This document shows positions 22,715-36,950 of a DNA stretch of 64,000 nt, one piece after another. Within the stretch, counting starts at the first letter, position 1; each line of letters opens with the position of its first letter. The stretch comes from Vicugna vicugna (taxonomy: Eukaryota), in contig MU058781.1 of assembly GCA_013265495.1 (NCBI GenBank), positions 1,902,963-1,966,962 of the forward strand. Direction: 5' to 3'. A program made the position numbers and the translations under genes. The notes beneath the pieces are model-generated. The model did not search any database. It had not been told where the DNA came from and worked only from the letters and a program-made list of their open reading frames with translations.

Positions 22715-25700
22715 GTGCACTGCACGCTCCTCTTTTATCTAGTGAGAAAACTAGGACCCGGAGAAGGAAGGATGCTTCTGCACGGCCCACAATTCCACGG
22801 GGACAATGTGGAACTAGCCCTCGGGTCTCTGGACTCCTAGTCTGGGTCTGTCTCCACAGCCCCCAAAACAGGCCATTTTTCTGACGTTTGCTTCTTTCTG
22901 TCGCCATCCTCCTGCTAGACACTGCTTTCTACCCTTCCCTTTTGCTCTGATTTCTCCTTTCTCGGTCCTTTTGCTCCTGAGGCCTGCCTGGAAGCCTTAA
23001 GAGATGTGCAAAGTCGAATTCCCAGCCAATAGAAGAGCGAGTCTCAGGCAAAACTCTAAACAGGATAAGAACCCACAGGGCCAGCTCCTGGCACGGTGCA
23101 GATGATTGTGTGTGTGTATTTTAACTGAGTCGTATAAAAGGTTATCTATTTTTTCTTCCTGTTCTCCTGTTCTAGTGATTAATCCCTAGTCGAATGATTA
23201 GATCGCTCATGGACAAATGTCCTAGGTCTATCTGTTGCTTTAAAACCTGACTCTCACAGTCTTCCTTCACACCAAGATGTGAATAACTGATAATAACCAC
23301 AAATGATAACTTTCTGCAGCATTGGCATATCCTGAAAGAGGCAAAGGCCAGATGGATGAGGCTCTGTTACAACTATGTGACTGGTGGCACTTTTGTGGCA
23401 CCTAAGTTTGGACCATTTTCTAAATGAATCATCAAAAGCCAAAGTCCAAAGTGAGTGCAGACAAACTCAACAGTCACCATAGGATCTTACAGCACACGCA
23501 ACAATTATCTGGCGTTTAACTACATTTTCACAAGACTCGAGCAGTAGGCTGTGGAATGTTCTGAGTGGGGCACGTGCCCACCAGGGCGGTTCATGCGCTT
23601 AGCCCAGCCCCCACTGTTTGTACACCAGCCTTTTCCTCGCAGGAGAACAGTGTGAGAGCTGGGCCCCAGCACCCGGACGGCTCTGCTGCAGGAGGTGTGA
23701 ATGTGCTCCTTTGAACTTTGCTTACTTAATGAGCTAACATGATTGCTATCAAGAACTTGAAGGGAAGTGGTTTTGTGGGTTTTCATGCATTTTTACACGT
23801 AAGTTTTGGGCCACTCACTTATTGGTCTGAAGCAGCATTTTTGCTATCTGATCTGCTTCGAAAGCCAGTTGATCATCTGCACTCTTCCCCTGGAATCTGG
23901 GCTGAAGGTGGTAGGTTCTGAACCATCCGAAGCTACACAAGTCGTGACAGCCCGTGGGTAACCGTGCCCACACAGCCCTCCTGGAGTGCGTGTGAGCTGG
24001 GCGAGGTCAAAGGGGTACAGTCTACTCAGGTGGAAGGCCACGAAGTCATAAGCTCTTCAGGACTGACTGTGTCTCAAAGCAAGACAAAGCTGGCGAGCGT
24101 CTGGGGAAAGGTTATTACTTCAGGGGCTTCTGGCATCATTGCAAATGTCACTTCTGTCGTAAGAGAAGCTGGGAAGAACTGCAATGTGAAACCAGAACAC
24201 GCACACCTCATTTCTCTCCGCCGGCACTTGGTGCTGCTGCTGTTTCTCCTGGGGGTCCAGGGGCGTCTCCTTGTGCAGGGAGGAGCGGGACCTGGAAACA
24301 TGAGCCAGCTCTGGGCAGTTCATGTGGTGGACCCGGGCATGGCTTCGAGGCCCGGAGGGAAGCGTACCTGGCGCCTGTGCTACACCAGGTGGGCGTTCCT
24401 TCCTCTCCTCACCCAGTGACCCCGGGCAAGCTGAGGAGGCTTACAAAGTAAGCCCCCCTGCTGGGATGAGGGTTCCTCCCCTGGCCTTTGCTCTGAAACC
24501 CTTGCAGGGACTGCTGTTTCTGCAAGTAGAGGTATTCCCGGAAGGCACGCTCCACCTGGAACCTGGCTATTCAGAAACATTTTCCAGTTAACCCGAGCTG
24601 AAAGACCTTTCATCTCCAAAGGCCACCTCGAAAGAGGGGCAGAAATGGCAAATCCCAGGTTTGTTAAAGGGCAAGTCATGGTTTAGATTTCTATAAATGA
24701 AGCATCTGACCATATCCTTGAAAAGAGAAGGGCCCGAAGAAAACCTGATGTCATGATTTTGAAAATGAGTCTTAGTCTTGTCCCCCCGAACCACCATGAC
24801 AAAGGGGTGCCTCCGAGGACAATTTTATGAGTATGTATAATAATTTAATCTTAGAGCTCTAGGCGTGTGGTGTTATTAGCAAAACTGACTGTTTATACAA
24901 TGGAGTTTTCTTTGGATGCTCTTATTTGAAGCAAAAAAATGACACTCTGCAAAAATAACACACAGACATGAGTGGTCTGAAACTTACTCCCTCACCTTCC
25001 CCGGAAGGTTAGAAGAACAAGTCAGGTCTTTAGGAAAAAGCGGCATAGTTTCTGATTCTCCTAATAGCAGAGGTAGATATTGCTTTCAAATTGCCCAAGT
25101 ACTAATATTAACCAGCTGTTTTTACTTCCAGGACAAGGACATTGAGGGCCACAGCAATAACATCGAAACTATGAGATCAGGTCAGACAGACGCTTAAATG
25201 ATGTTGTTAGGAGTTCAGTGACTGCCCCTTTAAAACACACACACACACACACACACATTTATCTTGATTTTCATCAGCTTATTCATTTTTCAATTGATTC
25301 ATTCATTCCATATACACAGAACCCTTTTTATTTGCCGTGTGTCATATAAGGCATTAGAAATCCAAAGATAAATATGTCACAATTATTGCCCTCAAAGGGC
25401 AAACTGTATCCTGTCTTTTATAAACTGTACTTGGTTTATAATTTTAATTTTCCTAATTAAAAACTGAGACACACCACCTGGCAAGTATGACTACCTGCAT
25501 GGGAACCACCAGAGAGATGATATGAACAGAGGTGATGGAAAATCCAGGATGTGTAATGGTTGTTGACAACTTATACCTTGTCTGTGCCTCATTTTCTCTG
25601 CTTTCCCTTATTCTTGCTCACTAAAACCCTTAGTGGGTGGAGTCTGGGCAGTGAAAGATCACACCAGCCCAGCAGTGAAGATTGCAGACCACCACAGAGT

Positions 25701-26020
25701 CATTGCTGGGATGTGTTGGATTCCTGTCTTACCCCAAGGATGTCGAATTTGGAACTGACCTCCTTGGAAGAAACCTCCACCTTAACCACCTCCCAAATTT
25801 CTCAACTTCATCTGACTTTGAAGCATTATCTTTTAAAGAAACACACAAATCAAAAGCCTTAAGTATTCTGGAATATTCCCCAGTGTGGAAGTTTGGGGCC
25901 AAACATGTGTCCAGACTAGACTTGCCAAGGGCTGTGCTTTGATGACGCCTTTTGTCTTGTAGCCTCCTGCCCCAGGTTCTATTTGCTGTGAGCTCCTGGT
26001 GCAGAAACTCCAGCTCTCAG

Positions 26021-26808
26021 AGAGAATGTGGAGAAAAGGGAACCCTCCTACACTGTTGGTGGGAATGTAGTTTGGTGTAGCCACTATGGAAAACAGTATG
26101 GAGATTCCTAAAAAGACTAAAAATAGACTTACCATATGATCCAGCAATCCCACTCCTGGGCATACATCTGGAGGGAACTTTAATTCAAAAAGATACATGC
26201 ACCCCAATCTTCATAACATCACTATTTACAATAGCCAAGACATGGAAACAACCTAAATGTCCATCGACAGATGACTAGATAAAGAAGTTGTGGTATATTT
26301 CTACAATGGAATACTACTCAGCCATAAAAAAGAATAAAACAATGCCATTTGCAGCAACATGGATGTACCTGGAGATTGTCATTCTAAGTGAAGTAAGCCA
26401 GAAAGAAAAATAAAAATACCACACGATATCACTTATATGTGAAATCTAAAAAAAAAAAAAAAGACAAATGAACTTATTTACAAAACAGAAAGAGACTCAC
26501 AGACATAGAAAACAAACTTGCAGTTACTGGAGGGGAAGAGGGTGGGAAGGGATAAATTGGGAGTTAGAGATTTGCAGATACTAACTACTATATATAAAAT
26601 AGATAAACAAGATTCTACTGTATAGCACAGGGAACTGTATTCAATATCTTGTAGTAACCTATAATGACAAAGAAAATGAAAATGAATAAATGTATGTATA
26701 TGTATGACTGAACTATTATGCTGTGCACCAGAAGTTGACACACTGTAAACTGTATTTCAATGAAAAAGAAAGGAAGAACTTTAACCACAAAAAAAGAAAA
26801 AGAAAAAA
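26021..26808 (+). mobile_element. 5'-truncated L1 (ORF2 C-terminal remnant plus 3'UTR) with 18-bp TSD
   Basis: Disrupted ORF2 peptide [14 protein letters not shown]...[12 protein letters not shown]...WKQPKCPS; TSD agaaactccagctctcag at 26003-26020 and 26809-26826. Confidence 0.92.
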
Positions 26809-28544
26809 AGAAACTCCAGCTCTCAGGCAAGAGGAAATTAACAAGTAACTTTCAGAAAGAAAGCACCAAAGAGGCTTTGCTTTAAAGATTTCCTTTCTTC
26901 TGCACCTTGAAAAACTCTGGTGGCTATTTTGGTGACAGATGTGTGGCAACACTCTTCTGGCCTAGGTAAATGTTTGCTCTTTTTTCCCTCCCGGATTGTG
27001 CAACCAAGAGCATATGAGTCTGGATACTCTCCCTGCCCGAAGGTGGAAACACGCAACCTTCTGGGTGTAGAAGAAGGCGCACGTGGACTTTGTTCACTTC
27101 CCGGAGTCCCTGCTTGGAGCAAGTTTAGGAATTTATGTGTGGTTGAATGGGGAGTTTTGAGGATTCTGGAACAGCATAGCACTCCACATTCCCAATTTGG
27201 CTTCAGTTGTTATCCCAGGATAGGGTTCTTAGAGAAAAGGCTTTCCATCCACAGCGCCCAGAAAACTGAAATAGAAAAACCCTGACTTAAACACAATATA
27301 GATTTATTAAAAGAATAAAGTAAGTGAGAGCCCAGCAAATACATGGGAAATATGCTTGTGGAGGAGGAGGAAGGAGAGATGCTCCTGGGCTTCAGGTAAG
27401 TGTGTTTTTGTCAATCATGATACGGGCTTTCTGTGAAGGTCACACAAAAATAAAATCAGGTGACATTTTAACACTCAGAATTATACATTAAAGTGTAAGC
27501 TCTGGGCCAAATTCTCACCTCATAAAATTAGATCAAAATGGGCCTTTAGAAAATGAGTTCTTCTGTTTTTCCATATCATTTCTATGAAATCTAGGTTAAC
27601 CAATATTTTAACAGGAAATCTAGAGGAAATGAACAATACGTCTGTGGCTAATTTTTAATTCTCACGATTTCATGATCTGCACAGCAGTTGCATTTTTGGT
27701 TTTGCCTGAGTCCACTTCAAAGCTAATCAGCATACGTTCCAGGTTGGGTATGTATTCCAGGTAAACCATTGTTTAAATGTTTAAAATCATTTAAATCAAA
27801 TAACCAGGCAGGATTTTGTAGCTTTTTCGAGAGGGCGAGGGTGGTGATTGTGATTAAATGTAAAACAGTTCAAAGAAGTTCAGGAGTCTGGTCTGCATGA
27901 TTAATAGTCTGCAGTAGATATTAGAAATCCAGACAGACTGAAGACAAAATGCCTTCCCTTTGTAGACAGACTGTATTCTAACCTCCAAGGACCCTGCATA
28001 TTTAGTCACTCTCTCAGTTCAACTGCCTTTGCCAGCCCGGGCTTCACTGGATTAGAGAGTAGTGGAAAAAACCCTTCCCCAGAGGGACTGTATCAAATTC
28101 CCGGAGTGTTCAATCTGTCTGGCACAGCGACGGCCCTCCTGAGCTGTGGAGAGTGTGGGTAGAGACAGCCGTCCCGGGCTGGCAGTACTTGTGCCTGGAA
28201 AGTGAAAGCAAGCTGTTATTTTCTCCTCCTCAACTCACATTCCTGGCCTTGGACATCATGAGGTCATCGTTTGGTTGGAATGGAAGAGTGCGTGTTAAGG
28301 TCACACATGGGTAGGTGTCATTTTTGTCTGGGACACGGACCCAGGGAGCTTGTAACTTCTTGGGGCTTCTTGAGCCCCACTATTCTCCCAGAAAGGAAGT
28401 TCCTTAGTCCTAACTTTAATTTCAATTTTAAACTTTAGAAATTTTAATTTCTGCTTCGCTAATCCAGTATCTTTGCACACCTAAGTCAAGGTGGAGGACA
28501 GTCCATTTTCCTCATAAGAATCCATGTAGAGCATCTCCTAGTCT

Positions 28545-28773
28545 TGCTGGGTTCAGGGTTATATTCTAAAGTTTATTAGCTGGGTGATGTGGGCAAATTT
28601 CTTAACTCCTCTCTGTCTCAGTTTTTTTGTTTTAAAAGCAGGGTCATTAATAATACCTTTCTCCTAAGGTCGTTGTAAAGATGGAAGGAGGAGACCACAT
28701 CTGCAAACAACTTAAACTAGTGCCACGTACATAGTAGTGCCATGTACACTCTGTTACTTATTATTATTATTAT
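28545..28773 (+). mobile_element. MIR SINE
   Basis: tagctgggtgatgtgggcaaatttcttaactcctctctgtctcagttt...aataatacct...acatagta. Confidence 0.75.
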
Positions 28774-29799
28774 TAAATTCTAGATCCTGATCTTTCACTT
28801 ATTTTGTTATTCCCTTATGGGTCCTGTTTTCCCCTGAGCCCTGAAGCATGTTACTGGAATTCTCAATACATCCCCTTTATCAACTGAATACTTTACGGGT
28901 AGAGTATTCTGTTTTGAGAGGCTTCTTGACACAATCTAAAAAGAACTAGTCATAGTCTGGACTTTTCATGTGCTAAGATGTGTATAGAAGATTTAAAATG
29001 CAGTCAAAATTCACAAGGGAGAGGGTAGGTGAGAGTAAACTGAGTGACGCTCAAAGAAGTTGAGGATTTACTTGCCTTGAAGGAAAGATAAGAACTTAAT
29101 ACTAGAATGTCATTATAGAATCATGGGGAAGTAACCTTTGGTTATTTCATATGGACATTTTGGGAAGGAGTGGGGATACTAGGAGTATGTAAGGAGACCT
29201 TTTCGGTACCCACTAAGTACTAGAATAAGTAGGTGGCCCCAAATGGCAGAACTCAATTGCAGATCTTAAGTGGGAAAATTAAGCAGAAAAAAGACTGGAG
29301 AGAGAGAGAGATGGTGGCTTCTTCAGGGAAGGGGGAGAAAGCGATGGCTCTGCACCTTCCAGACCTGATGGGAAGAGAGTGTTAGAAGGGAGAGAGTAGG
29401 CACCAGAGTTCCTGGATGAGGGAGGGGGCAGTGGGAGAGGAAGCGGCAGGTCTGCACCCACACAGGGCAGAGAGGCAGGAGGAGCCAGCCCTCCACCCTC
29501 TGAAGGGCAGCGACGGCCTTCAGGTGATGGGAGCGGGCCAAGATGTGGCCTCGGTAAGTGCTGTCCCAGAGAGGAGGAACCGGGAAGCCCTGTGGAGCCA
29601 AGTGCCCAGTATCCGTGGGCCTAGAAGTCACAGCAGTGGGAACCAGCCATCGACTCCAGCAATGATCCTGGAGTGGCGTCTCTGAAGCTTAACGGCAAGA
29701 AACAGTCACTTAAGAATTGCATCTCCAGCCAAGTTGTGCTTGGAGTATGAAAGCAGCAGACAGCTATTATCAAGGATTCTAAAGCTCAAGAAATACAGC

Positions 29800-30500
29800 A
29801 TGGATGGGTCCTTTTTGCAAATAAAAACTGTGTCTTAAAAACCAATCCAGCCAAAAAAAAAAGAGTCAAAATAAAGAATTCAGGAATTGAGAATCTGTGG
29901 ATTCATTTGAAATGGAACTGAGACACAACTATTGTAGGAAGTATGGCTAAGGAAGAAAACTTAAAGGTCACATGTAAATATTATAACTAATCAAATTGGG
30001 GATGGGAGGGACAGGGGTAGGAGAAAGTATAAGCTAACTAACTTCCTTATTTTTTCCTGTTAGGGAGTTTAATGTTGAAAGAGAGTTTAAAAATAAAAGT
30101 AACTTCAGCTCTTAAAATTTTGCATAAACATTTTCTCAGTTTAGGGAGATCTTTTAAGAACCAGACTCTGTAACGGTGAAGAAACATTTATTTGAAATGC
30201 ATCAGTTTCTCCAGGTTTGTTTCTTTCTCATTTGAGAATTAAATATAATTCTTTTAATTTAAAACTGCGTGCGTGTAATCTCATTTTTGTAAATTACAAT
30301 ATGAAATCGTGGGATAATTAACCCTGGGCTATTTGGTAGAACTGCTGTGTAGAATCAGGCTTTATATCTGTCTGTGTACCTGGAGAGAGGTCTGGAAGAA
30401 GGCTCACCAAATATCAGTAATGGTTATTTCTGCATGGTGAGCTTTGGGTGATTTTTAAATGTTATTTTAAAAAAATTCTCTACCATGTTAGTTTTTCAAG
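29800..30500 (+). mobile_element. Old L1 (L1ME-like) 3' remnant
   Basis: A-rich degenerate stretch ending aggtctggaagaaggctcaccaaa...aatggttatttctg. Confidence 0.4.
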
Positions 30501-30811
30501 AGTATTTGCCGGGCTTTAATTTATTTTACTCTTTCAACAAATCTACACTTTGAGTTTTCAATTTTAATTTTCTAGGATGTGTGAATGGAAACACTTCTCT
30601 CTAAGAACTCTATCCTGGCATAACAATGGAATCAATCAATGTATGATCCCCGTGAACAGTCATATTGGTGGGAAAGTTGTATAAACTAGAGCTGGTCCTC
30701 TTTCTACAGAACAAGGGGCCATTCTTTTGTAGGGCTTGGGAGTGGGGACTGGGGAGAGGAGCCATTGGTATAGATGAAATGGAAATGGGTTTATTAAATA
30801 ATGCCCTAAAC

Positions 30812-31039
30812 CAGTAGTTCTCAGCTGGGGGTGATTTTGCACCCCTATCCCCTCCAGGGGACATTTGGCCATGTCTGGGGACATTTTTGATTGTCACGAC
30901 TGGGGTGGGGAAAGTGCTAGTGGCTTCTAATGGGTGGGGTCCAAAGATGCTGCCAAACATGTTAAATGCAAAGGACAGCCCTCACAACAAAGAACTATCT
31001 GGCCCCAGATATTAACAGTGCAAGCGCTGGGAAACCCTG
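30812..31039 (+). mobile_element. MER20 DNA transposon
   Basis: cagtagttctcagctgggggtgattttgc...gggacatttggccatgtctgg...gaaaccctg; degenerate 8-bp TSD ccctaaac/ccctgaag. Confidence 0.88.
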
Positions 31040-34000
31040 CCCTGAAGTCTTGGAATAGAAACCATTGTAGAGACAATTAATTCACTCACAAGAGTAAGCC
31101 TGGAGGCAGAGGATCCTGTTTTAGAGATGAAAGCTCTCTAAGAAGCTGAGTGTATTCTCTCTGGCCACTAGGATTTTTAGCCAAATGCATTTATTAAAAA
31201 CAGTACTTCTGCTTTTTATTGGTCTCTAATTAGTCCTCAGCTACAGTATGGATTCATGTGTCACTGAGGGATGAAAAAATGCCATTGGAATCAGTGGCCT
31301 AAGTCTAACCAAGGGCTGATGTAGTTTCCAGTGGTACCTTGACTGAGCTGGTCCCTGATCTCAATCTGTCAAGCCAGCCAGGCTATCTGAAGTCTCTGGG
31401 AAACTAGCTGATGGTCCGGATCCATTGCATTAAGCAGGAAGTTAATGTAGGAAGACTGGACTTGGTACACATGTGTGTGTGGAATGAATGACTCTCCCCT
31501 CATGCATCATAAGGACCATCCATCGCTGTGAATCGGAAGCAGCATATCAACAGATAGAAGTGGGATGGCTTCAGCAGACTAGAGGTTTTGCTCTCAGGCC
31601 AACAGTCTTTACAGCACCCATGCCAAAGAAAATCTACATGTGCTGGAATTACCTGTCTGGCTTATGATTACAAACAGCCCTTGTACGAACATCTCAGCAT
31701 CTCTGGCTGCTGCTTTCAGCAGCTCTTTCTGAAGTCAGTATCTCTTGATGTCAGTTCTTTCATTTCAGGCACCATCATTTTTCTTTGGCAATGCTTCCTG
31801 CAAATGTGTCTTTTCAAGAAAAATAAACCTGGAAACGGCTTGTGACATGCCATCTGACTTTATCATGCCAAGAACAAATGACTCTTATGCTTATTAGATG
31901 CCAGATGAACTGACGAACTGAATTCCTGGTCTGCTTTGATGAGGCCAGGTGTCTCTGCAAAAATAAAAAGCTACCACTTACTTGGCTACAGGGGTATAGT
32001 TCCCAAATATCTTTTTATAGTGCCTGAAGACTTGGACTTTGACTTGACTCTAATGTGTATATCTTAAGAAACGAAGAATTGGCCTTATGGTAGTAGAGAA
32101 TCTTTGGATTCTGGAGAGCAACATAAGTACCCAGGGCTTAGAGGCATTGGCTTTCGGCTAAATATGGTGATTGCTGCATATATTATTAATTTACAACAGG
32201 GACCCTAGAGGGAAAGAGTGTGGGGATGTAGAGGTGTAGCACTAATGAACTAGTATGAAAAGAAAAAACATAAAGCTGTTATCATGTCTAGCGAGATATT
32301 CATCTTTCTTCAGTTTTCCATAAACTCATTATATTTGAATGTTATAGCTAAGGCTTATAATAAGGTTTATTTCTAAGCATATGGCATAAAAATAGATTGA
32401 ATTTAAGTAGAGAAATGTAAAAAGGGAACCCACTGACCCCTGCGGCTTCCCCTTGCAATGCCTTTGACCACAGCAGTCTGGCTTCAGCAAGTCTAATGTA
32501 GGGAATTTTGCATACAAATTTTTAGGAACAAGTTATATTACAGGTGGGAGAATCTTAGCACTTTCTTCCATCTTAAAATAAAGTCCCTCCTCCCTTGGAA
32601 GTCTTCCCCTTAACTTGGAAAGTTTGAGAACGACTAGGATTGTGTCCCCCAGTCATACTTCAGAGAAGAAGCTTAAGACAAATCCTTAGGGCGCCCTTTC
32701 TCCTGGGCCCGTGTCCTCCCCTCACCCGTGGGTGGCAGCGACACATTCTTTTGCTCCCTTTGTCTGGACCCTACGTGGTCTCCCAGTCTTTTGCAGACTA
32801 GCCTTTCCCCATGCAAGTTGCAATGTAATCGCAAACAACTGCAAAATGATGCTTTCTTGACAGGGACTTACGTGTTTCCTGCGTCTTCCTTAACACACAT
32901 TTCCAGACCATCCCAAAAATGGTTATTTCTGGTCATGGATGATCTGTGCATTTTGTGCTGATTTTCACTAGGTTTTCTAAGGGATCAACTTTCCTGATTT
33001 TATCCTTAATTTGGATTCATTTACCATCGTCCTCTATGGCCTGATCAGCTCTCAAAGAAATGTTAGTTTAATGCTAAGGATGTAAAGCATTTATAGTATT
33101 TGGAACCTTAGGTGTTCTAAATTATCAATAAAAAGACTTCAGTTATCATCAGTTCTACTACACTTGAATAGCACTGCATTGTTTCTGAATGATTTTCACA
33201 GGCAGGCCTTTTTGTTACCTGATTCTGTATCCAGGTGCAAGGAAGTTGGGGAGGAGATAGAAGAGACCCCTCGTTCCCGCCATCAGCCCTGGTGTGTGTC
33301 CTAGGCAAATCTGCCCTGGGATTAGACAGTCACCCCCTCTTCTAGCTCCGTTCCCTGGCAGCTGGAGAAAAAGGCAATCTTATATGCCATCTTCAAACTA
33401 TTCTTGTGAGTCTCTGGAGAACACAGAAATAAACCTACTTTGAAGTATGCTATATATTCATCTTACAATTTAACTCTCAAGTGGAAATCTTATTTTTCCA
33501 ATTTCCCAGTTATTCTAGGGCACTGTTCAGGAGCTTCCACATGTACTAAGGAATAAACGACGCATTTATTCTTGTCAGTGACTTGTTTCCTGTTCGGGAC
33601 ACCCCTTTTCAGAACAGGGTGTGCAGGCGGCAGAACCAGGTACTAGGAATATGTATGGAGTTAGGGAAAATGGACTTGAATTCAGGCTTGGAGAGATACT
33701 TGGCCTAAGCCTTTGAAAAATTTGACAGAAAAACTCCTGAGCTGACAGTATACCTGTACGACATTGCCTTCTGGTTATGACTTGGCTTTCCCTGTAAGTT
33801 TTCAGGAAGGGATCTCATGAAATGCCAGCATTCTGTTTCTTACGAGAATAGTTTCTCACGATGAGCCAGCAGAGTGGCTCCTGATTAGGACAGAGCTTCC
33901 CATGTGGCCTGAGTACAGGGAGGGACTCACGCCCACACGATAGCTTCGTCCAACCCACTGTATTTTGAACAGATCAGGCATTCTCGGGGATACCCTCAGC

Positions 34001-34592
34001 ATATCTGCGTTCTGGTTGATGTCACCCCTGGATGCAGATAAGAGCAAGTTTCTGGGATTCCGAAGCAGAGCATGAAGCTCCCAGGATGGAATTACCTTCT
34101 AGAAGTACCAACCTGCAGGGTGCTGCCCACCCAGGCTCAACCTGACTTTCCCATTTACTCTTTTTCATCTGATTCCTCTAGGTTGTACATCAATCTCTTA
34201 CCCATTTATCCATCCTGATTAGTTCTGGAACAAAGACAGAATTTATTTATTTATCTAGGAGCGCCTCCTGGGACGCGGGGAGGACCCCCGGGAACAGGGG
34301 GCAAACCGCTTCCTCGCCTGGCTGTTCTCGCCGCGTTAGCAGCTCTACTGTTCTGACTTCTAACTGGACCGTTTGGCAAATGAAGAAAAGAAAGGACATA
34401 AAATGAAAATAGATCTTAAGTTAATTTACAGTGAATTATTCTCTGATTTATAAACTATAAGGTAGCAATTTTAATACTGAATGTGTGTCAATCAAGGTAA
34501 ACAATAAAGTCACTATGTTTGTAAAAGGCATTTACTTGCTAGCACGAGAGTAACTGAAGAGCAGATACACAAAATTAAGTTAAAGTTGATGG

Positions 34593-34681
34593 CTTTTAAT
34601 AATAATATTTTTTTAATATTTAATAATATTATTTAATACTTAATGGTGTTTAATAATATTTAATATTTAATAATAATATTT
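34593..34681. repeat. AT-rich degenerate tandem repeat (ttaataatatt-like units)
   Basis: Directly visible in the sequence. Confidence 0.7.
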
Positions 34682-36630
34682 CCCAGTGTTTGGAAAAAAG
34701 AGCTACATTTCTTTTTATTTTTATTTCATCTTAGTTCCTTAACCTAGTTTCAGAGACATTTAAATCCGTTTGAAATTAGGAAGAGAAATTTTACTTGTTT
34801 ATGAGACAATTCAATAAAGTTGAAAATTAAAATTAGAATTTGTGAACTTAAAGAAAAGGCCCAAATTCCCAAGATGCCTACTGGTGCAAATGTGCTGTTC
34901 TCGTCTAGCTTTAAAATATTTAAGGTGAGCCCTAAGACCTGAATTTAACTGTATGCAGTGAATCTAACCATCAGTTACTACAAACTAGGTCTCTGATGAA
35001 GGTTCGGGGCCTGGGGAGAAAGCTGGGGATAACGTTGCGGGATAGACTTTCTGGAAGCTCTGCTCCTACAATTCTGTCCTGTGCTCTGTTTGGTTGGGTC
35101 ATGGGGCATTCTCGCTGCTGGGACAACTTGAACAACTAGTTTCTGACCATCTCTGATGTCTTAGGCTGTGTAGAGAGCTGGTGAGACCCCTGGGAGGAAG
35201 AATGAGACAGTCGTAGCTGTCTTACTTATTTTGGTTTGTTTTTATCCCCAGGATATCACATGTTCAGCTTATGAGAGCAAAATGGATCGCCTAGTATTGT
35301 TTTGTGCCAGGTTAAGGACTGAGGTAGTGCTCACGACAAAACTGGACTTTTCCCCCAAAGATTTTCCTGAGAATAATCTCTTTACAATCTCTTCCTCTGA
35401 TTTATACCTAGAATAAGCCATAAAAAATAAACAAAGACTCCCTATTGATAAACAAAGAGAAAACACTCCCCTTATGTAAGAGGTGTGCCGCGAGGCTCCT
35501 TCTAGCCTTCTGTCAACATCAATTAACCAGCAAAGCTGCAGCATTCGTTACCCCGAAGTTACATGGTAAGTGGTTGTTAGCTGTCCTAGGCAGGCTGTAA
35601 TTACGTATCACCAAACGCTGAGTATGTGCTCTCTCCCCCTCCCCCCTTTTAATGTGCCAGGGATTCCAACGTATCTTCACACTGTTCTGATTTAAAAAGT
35701 CACCAGTGATCCCCAGCCCCCGGCATTTCCTACCTTCCCAGGAATTACAGCAACACTTATCTACGTAAAATAAACAAGCAGACACTTTCAGGACAGCTGG
35801 AGACCTTGAACGGTCTTGGCCACGGCTTATCAGCCTCCAGGGACGCAGCTGCGAAGCCAGGAAAGTCTTGAGCCGTTAACTTAAAAATACTGAAACAGTA
35901 ACATCCTTAGTGTGTCACATCTGCATTCACGAGCTGGAAGCATCCTAGAGACTCCATGAGGCCAGGTAACTTGAGCTTAGGGTCCATTCCCTCTTAATGA
36001 GGTTATCTCGTTATCCCTTGTGAGAGGGCCAGTGTCTGAGTAACTCTGAGCTGAGCATGCACAGTTCATCTGCATCTCTGCATTTTGTTGTCACTCTTAA
36101 CCAGTTAGGTATGACGTATTTCTCTGCTGGAATTCCCAATCAAACTCAAGAGACACTGAAGTAAGTGGCCCTGGAGGGGTCCTTAAAGTACTCATGTACA
36201 ACGCCAACGTAACAACCTGCTGGACTCTTAGGAGCAGGGGAATGTAACCTGACGTCTACGAGGTCTTTGATGCCCCCAGTCTTTTAGGGGACCCGGGGGA
36301 GGCTGGTGCAGGACTCAAGCTTTGTAACAGCGTATGTGTATGACATGAACTTGGATCCTGCCATTCACCCAAAGGGGATGCTACTGACACATTACGAATG
36401 GGACAAAACACTTATTATACTTTCCAACAGTGAAACTGAGGTGACAGTGATCTTTCTATCTTCTATTGCTCTGTCTCCCCTTCTGAATATTGTACGTATT
36501 TTGTGAGACCTGGCTTGGGCCCAGTATCCAGTTGGCAGCTCTGTGACTAACTGACCAATAGGTGAATACAGACTTCGCCCCCGTTGGCATCACTGTTCAG
36601 TGAAGTGGCTACAGGTATATATTAATGTTA

Positions 36631-36950
36631 CTCACTTATTCATTAGCTGAGTGCCTATGACCTTGGTCATTAGTTTGGAAACACAAAGATGAGAACATTG
36701 CTCCTGCCTCCAGAGGGTTCTCAGTCTAGCTGGACAGACAAACCCAAGGAGATACTTAGGAATCCAAAGAGGGGGGTTCAGTGAAAGGGAGCCGCTGGGG
36801 GACTTCAGGGAAGGCTTCCAGGAGGCGGTAACACCTTAGCTGAGTATTGGCAATAAAAGAGGAATGAGAGGCCGGAAGGGAACTGGGGTGGGCGGGTAGA
36901 GGGTGGGAGAGCGCGTTCCCAGCCTAGGCGATGGCAGAAGCAAAGACAAG
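36631..36950 (-). mobile_element. L2 LINE remnant
   Basis: cctgcctccagagggttctcagtctag...cagggaaggcttccaggaggcggtaacaccttagctgag. Confidence 0.6.

Noticed and set aside
24207..24291. Possible minus-strand 85-nt exon (SRSSLHKETPLDPQEKQQQHQVPAERNE)
   Set aside because: Weak acceptor and weak donor (GAG|gtgtgc). The length is not a multiple of 3 and the peptide is not recognisable as NEDD9.
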